The notes beneath the pieces are model-generated. The model was not told where the DNA came from. It ran no database searches and worked only from the letters and a program-made list of their open reading frames with translations. DNA of 20,000 bases from an uncultured virus (IMG/VR IMGVR_UViG_3300025030_000088) (Duplodnaviria > Heunggongvirae > Uroviricota > Caudoviricetes): positions 51,571 to 71,570 of the IMG/VR virus record IMGVR_UViG_3300025030_000088; one strand, 5' to 3'. Numbering within the stretch: the first letter of the stretch is position 1; each line of letters begins with the position of its first letter. This document shows, piece after piece, positions 16,060-20,000 of this stretch. The position numbers and the translations under genes were made by a program.

Positions 16060-17097
16060 GTGAACAAACAAGAATTTTTTAATGAGGCTTTTGAAGGTTA
16101 TAATGTGTCTACAAATATTAGAAATATTTCAGAAAGTATTTGCAGGGAATTCAACATTAACGGTATATGTGACCCGATGTATATTTCTAATGTTATTGCT
16201 GTAAAACTGGGTTTAGGCGATGGTTGCGGAAACTTTAGCGATAATAGCAAACTTAATTTTGACAATGTAGGAAAACTTGCTGAAAGGTTGAAGTATTCAT
16301 ATGGTTGCAATATTAATAACTTGGAATTAGTCATAAATATAATAACAGGAGGTTTTACAATAATGGAAAAGCAAAAAAATACATTAATATTTGAGGGCGC
16401 AGGGAGCGAAATAACTTCCGTAGGAAATTGCCGGATAAGAACCAGAATACGAAATATTGAAGGTAGATTGATTTATTTAGAAATAAATGGATTTCAAAAT
16501 ACTAACAAAACACCCAATTATGCAAAAGGTTTAAATACTATCGGTCATGTAGATTGCTGTTTTTATGCGGATCATACATGGGACACCAGAAATAACAGTT
16601 CAAGTCAATTATCTCATATCACCAAAAAGCATTTTGAATATAATAAGGAAAATATACTAAAAATTGTCAATGAGGATTTATATTGTAATTTTAACAGTTT
16701 AGAAGTAGTTAATAAAGGTTTACATGTTTACAGTACAGAAGATCCTTTGTGTGATTGTGCCAAGGAAAGTTATACATCATTTAAAGAAGTTAAAGTTAAT
16801 ATTAATATTCTTAAAGGTGTACAGTCTCAACAATATTATGAAAGTAGTCATCTAGCACGTTACGCACTGCCTTATGAATTCGTTAAGGAAATACCTTCTT
16901 TAAAAAACTGGATGCAGGAAAGAACCAAGAAAGAACAGGAAGACTTTAAAAAGTATAATTATTATACTACTCTAGTATGGGATAAGGACGGTAATATTTA
17001 CTCAATGGAAATATCAGCTAGGCAAAATTTTGTTTGTATGAGTTTTGGGTTTGAGCAATTAGAAAGTGTAATAAAAGCCATAAAGGAGTATAATTAA
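16060..17097 (+). CDS. Hypothetical protein; probable fusion of two genes (internal SD plus ATG16363)
   Basis: GTG16060 after AAAGGAGTG; in-frame AGGAGG 16347-16352 precedes ATG16363 (MEKQKNTLIFEGAG…). Confidence 0.75.
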   Translation: MNKQEFFNEAFEGYNVSTNIRNISESICREFNINGICDPMYISNVIAVKLGLGDGCGNFSDNSKLNFDNVGKLAERLKYSYGCNINNLELVINIITGGFTIMEKQKNTLIFEGAGSEITSVGNCRIRTRIRNIEGRLIYLEINGFQNTNKTPNYAKGLNTIGHVDCCFYADHTWDTRNNSSSQLSHITKKHFEYNKENILKIVNEDLYCNFNSLEVVNKGLHVYSTEDPLCDCAKESYTSFKEVKVNINILKGVQSQQYYESSHLARYALPYEFVKEIPSLKNWMQERTKKEQEDFKKYNYYTTLVWDKDGNIYSMEISARQNFVCMSFGFEQLESVIKAIKEYN

Positions 17098-17098
17098 T

Positions 17099-17218
17099 AT
17101 GTTCATTTGGTTTTTATGTCCACATTGTCATCAGAAACTTTTTAAGCTCTTACCGGGGGCCGTAACCAAAAACATAATAGTTTATTGTAAGAAGTGTAAA
17201 AAAGAAATAACACTATAA
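17099..17218 (+). CDS. Cysteine-rich KTR-like zinc ribbon, 39 aa (MFIWFLCPHCHQKL…NIIVYCKKCKKEITL)
   Basis: Not in ORF track; SD AAGGAG inside the previous gene; W..CPxC…N…YCxKCK.E pattern. Confidence 0.7.
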   Translation: MFIWFLCPHCHQKLFKLLPGAVTKNIIVYCKKCKKEITL

Positions 17219-17249
17219 TTTATAACTAAATAAACCTTTGAGCCTCTGA

Positions 17250-17293
17250 GCCATTAACAAGTATTTTAATAATACTGTTAGTGGTTTTTATTT
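17250..17293 (+). terminator. Intrinsic terminator
   Basis: GCCATTAACA-AGTATT…AATACTGTTAGTGGT followed by T-tract. Confidence 0.7.
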
Positions 17294-17483
17294 GCTTATT
17301 GTCTGAAGTAATATAGAATATCGCTTAAAAGCAGGTTTTAAGGCCACATATCAATAAAAGGTTAAAACAACTATATTAAGTAAACAAACACCTCTTAAAA
17401 TTAATCCTGACGCGAATTAGGCACATATAAAATTATAAATACCTATACATATAAACTATCAAAAAGAAAGGAGTATTTACACA

Positions 17484-17933
17484 ATGGATTTACAGCAGCA
17501 AAAGGAATTTATACGGATATATAAGCAGTATCAGGCCACTGATAAAGACACTATAAAGGCTAATTTAAAAAGGTATATGAATGAATCAGATTTAATGATT
17601 ATGACAATAGCTGAACAAACTGAGATACCTCTTTCAACCATATATCAATTAAGGAAACATAGTAGTAGCTATAAACCGGAATTTATGACAGTTTTAATTA
17701 TATGTGATTTATTGGGAATCTCTATAACAGAAGTCATGCAACCAATTTTAATAAATTTAAACATATCAGAACCAAAAACTAAATGGGATATAGTAGTGAA
17801 GCAGGAATTTATAGCAGATTATGAAAATATGAATATATTAGAATTATGTAAGAAGTATCAATTAACCCCAAGAACAGCACAGGAGTATAATAAAAACTTT
17901 ATCCGAGACATTGAAAATAACTTGCCGAGGTAA
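17484..17933 (+). CDS. XRE/Cro-C1-type HTH DNA-binding protein with possible second C-terminal HTH
   Basis: IMTIAEQTEIPLSTIYQL…KPEFMTVLIICDLLGISITEV; C-terminal ILELCKKYQLTPRTAQEY. Confidence 0.8.
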   Translation: MDLQQQKEFIRIYKQYQATDKDTIKANLKRYMNESDLMIMTIAEQTEIPLSTIYQLRKHSSSYKPEFMTVLIICDLLGISITEVMQPILINLNISEPKTKWDIVVKQEFIADYENMNILELCKKYQLTPRTAQEYNKNFIRDIENNLPR

Positions 17934-18170
17934 CAGTAGAGCATAGTACACTGATGAAGAAATTATAAATTGGAAAAACTATATGAGTTTATAACAGCAC
18001 TCATATATAGACACTATACATAAAATTCACAATATTACATATGGTTCCATAACAGTCAGTATATATACAAACTTAGTAAATATTAACTAAATTGTATATG
18101 ACTGTATAACAGTGATAGTATGACCAAGTTTAGGGTAAATTAAAGTCTATAACAATCAAGAAAAATAGTA

Positions 18171-18199
18171 TTGACAAAACAATTTGAGTATGGTATATT
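18171..18199 (+). promoter_or_regulatory. sigmaA-type promoter
   Basis: TTGACA-17-TATATT with TGn. Confidence 0.8.
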
Positions 18200-18247
18200 A
18201 AGTATATGGAAATTAATTATTTTTATATTCTGTAGGGAGGTAATACA

Positions 18248-18697
18248 ATGAAAACATTAACTAACATCAAAAACTGGTTTAACGTCTTAAACATTGAAAA
18301 TATAACAATAAAATTTACAGGGAAAACCATAACAATCAATGACCAAAGTTTTAGAATCCCTGCTCCAACGAAAGGTTATGACTTTTCAAAACATATTAAA
18401 TTTGAAGAAAAAGTAATAAGTTATGTTCAAACTTTATTTCCTGAAGGAATGATCAAAGAAATAGAAGAAAAATATGATACATTTCTAAATGACTTGAAAT
18501 CCCAAAATATATTTGTTAATTTTACATATGTTAACTATGGTGTATCAGCACCTAGAGAAATTAAAAATGGTATAGAAAATGCAAAAAGATTGATTAAATA
18601 TGTAGAATCTCATCCAGAGTTTGATGATATTATAGAGAAGTATGAAGCATACAGGAATCTTTTAGAACATGATTGGGATGATATAACTGCTGAGTAA
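18248..18697 (+). CDS. Hypothetical protein, 149 aa
   Basis: SD AGGGAGGT. Confidence 0.85.
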   Translation: MKTLTNIKNWFNVLNIENITIKFTGKTITINDQSFRIPAPTKGYDFSKHIKFEEKVISYVQTLFPEGMIKEIEEKYDTFLNDLKSQNIFVNFTYVNYGVSAPREIKNGIENAKRLIKYVESHPEFDDIIEKYEAYRNLLEHDWDDITAE

Positions 18698-18803
18698 AAT
18701 TAAATAATAATTAATATGCTTTGTATCTGTCTTACATTGGCACTTTATAAATAGACAGTAAGATAGTATAGAGAGCATAATAATTAAAGGGGGAATATTT
18801 TAA

Positions 18804-19274
18804 ATGATAAAAGTTAACTTAACGAATGGAGAGCAAATAAAAATAATTCCTGATAATAAATCTATGAAATTAACTAAATTAGCATATGAAAATCGATTTG
18901 TTGTATACGCTGAAGATATTCATGTTATTGAAACAAGTTATAGAAACAAATTAAACATACTACGTCAATGTATTGTTGAAAATCCTAGAAGCTGTCCAAT
19001 AGATTCATATGTTATATTTACTCTTTGTGAAGGAAAAGTAACAGGTTCAGCTTTTGTAGATACTGCTTGCTTCTATGAAATAGAGGATGCAGAAAAATTA
19101 TTATCGCTTGGAGAAATTAGACAATCAGATTTTGATGAAATTTATAATAGTGTGACTATGCCATTATTGCAATGCCCTGATTGTGGTAATTATTCTTATC
19201 TAACTGAACAATATTGTTGTCCTATATGCAAAAGTAATTTAATCTATAATGGTAAGCAATTGATAGGAAAGTAA
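18804..19274 (+). CDS. Hypothetical protein with C-terminal zinc ribbon, 156 aa
   Basis: CPDC…CPIC; SD AAAGGGGG. Confidence 0.8.
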   Translation: MIKVNLTNGEQIKIIPDNKSMKLTKLAYENRFVVYAEDIHVIETSYRNKLNILRQCIVENPRSCPIDSYVIFTLCEGKVTGSAFVDTACFYEIEDAEKLLSLGEIRQSDFDEIYNSVTMPLLQCPDCGNYSYLTEQYCCPICKSNLIYNGKQLIGK

Positions 19275-19326
19275 ATTATTACCAAACATGGATATCATAG
19301 CGATATTTTAAAGGAGGCTCTCACCA

Positions 19327-19837
19327 ATGTCAAACAAAATTAAATATATAAATACATACGCACTTTTAGATTATCTTTGTTCATATAAACCGGACAAAGA
19401 AATTGAAAAAAATTGAAAAAATTGAAGAAATTATTTACAATATGGAACAATCTCAGGAATTTAAAAACCTATTTTTCTTTTCTGAAAATAAAGATATTTA
19501 TCTTTACCAAGAATCTGATGAGCAGAAAATTAAAGATTATATCAGTAGTAAAATTGATATATCCAATATAAACGATACAAATGTATTTGATTATTATGGA
19601 AATTATTTGTTTGATTATGGTTATATAAAATTAGGGGAAATTACCATTGAGGAAGAAAATTTATACAGAACACTTAGAGATAAATATTTGACTGATGATA
19701 AATATATTGAAATACTTGTTAATGTAGGAGAAAACTTTCATAATGAATTAGATAAGATTAAAAGAGAGTGTCTTGAATATATGGTTGAATTGACTATTAA
19801 TGAAATTAAAGTCGATTTGGAAAAATACAAGTTTTAA
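19327..19837 (+). pseudogene. Acidic hypothetical gene interrupted by frameshift in a 10-nt tandem duplication
   Basis: SD AAGGAGG, ATG19327; stop at 19416; AATTGAAAAA occurs twice (19401-19420); removing 1 or 10 nt joins it to track ORF 19403-19837, which has no SD of its own. Confidence 0.7.
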
Positions 19838-19883
19838 GGTTAAAGATTATAAAATAAGCCTTTGGTTCAAATATTGAATGCGA

Positions 19884-19909
19884 CAAACCCAGTAAAATCA
19901 AGGGTTTGT
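19884..19909 (+). terminator. Hairpin, possible terminator
   Basis: ACAAACCC…GGGTTTGT; no clear T-tract. Confidence 0.4.
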
Positions 19910-19947
19910 AAAATAGTAAATTTAAGATTTTAGCTTAAAATTAGTTG

Positions 19948-19976
19948 TTGCATTTATTTTTGTATTGTGTTATAAT
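19948..19976 (+). promoter_or_regulatory. sigmaA-type promoter for a gene beyond the window
   Basis: TTGCAT-17-TATAAT with TGn; SD GAGGAGG at the window end. Confidence 0.8.
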
Positions 19977-20000
19977 AAATTAATAGAAAATTTGAGGAGG

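Larger units (their letters stand above)
1..20000 (+). mobile_element. Early/accessory region of a large Firmicutes phage/prophage (or leading region of a conjugative element)
   Basis: All genes co-oriented, small and mostly hypothetical; MGE-typical families (amidoligase-2, DUF932, HNH, DUF262, XRE-HTH); dense sigmaA promoters and AGGAGG SDs; no housekeeping genes. Element boundaries not in window. Confidence 0.8.

Noticed and set aside
408..16334. Minus-strand ORFs (408-602, 2823-3008, 2866-3180, 6359-6619, 11843-12034, 15569-15763, 16098-16334)
   Set aside because: All are antisense shadows of well-supported + strand genes, with no convincing SD or promoter.
17931..18155. CRISPR array
   Set aside because: The period is CRISPR-like but the conserved core is only 6-8 nt, not a 23-47-nt repeat, and no cas genes are present.

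Overview
AT-rich window that reads as the early or accessory region of a large Firmicutes (probably Clostridia/Bacilli) phage or prophage; the leading region of a conjugative element cannot be excluded. No structural, integrase or tra genes are visible. About 40 mostly short genes all lie on the + strand. They are organised as about 21 self-contained units: near-consensus sigmaA promoter, often an (A)ATACATA leader motif, strong SD, 1-4 ORFs, then an intrinsic terminator that often overlaps the stop codon. Recognisable products are a 5'-partial amidoligase-2-like protein, a DUF932 protein, an HExxH metallopeptidase-like protein, a DUF4258-like protein, a truncated DUF262 protein, an HNH endonuclease, a Cys-rich KTR-like zinc ribbon and an XRE-type HTH protein. 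Non-coding highlights are a perfect parS palindrome (5233-5248), exact or near-exact repeats shared between different promoters, long G.U-containing hairpins in front of RBSs, a ~58-nt periodic TAACAG/hairpin array, and a small three-way-junction RNA candidate. Six genes carry net single-base frameshifts, and one ORF looks like a fusion of two genes. Family calls come from motif recognition by eye; no database searches were run.
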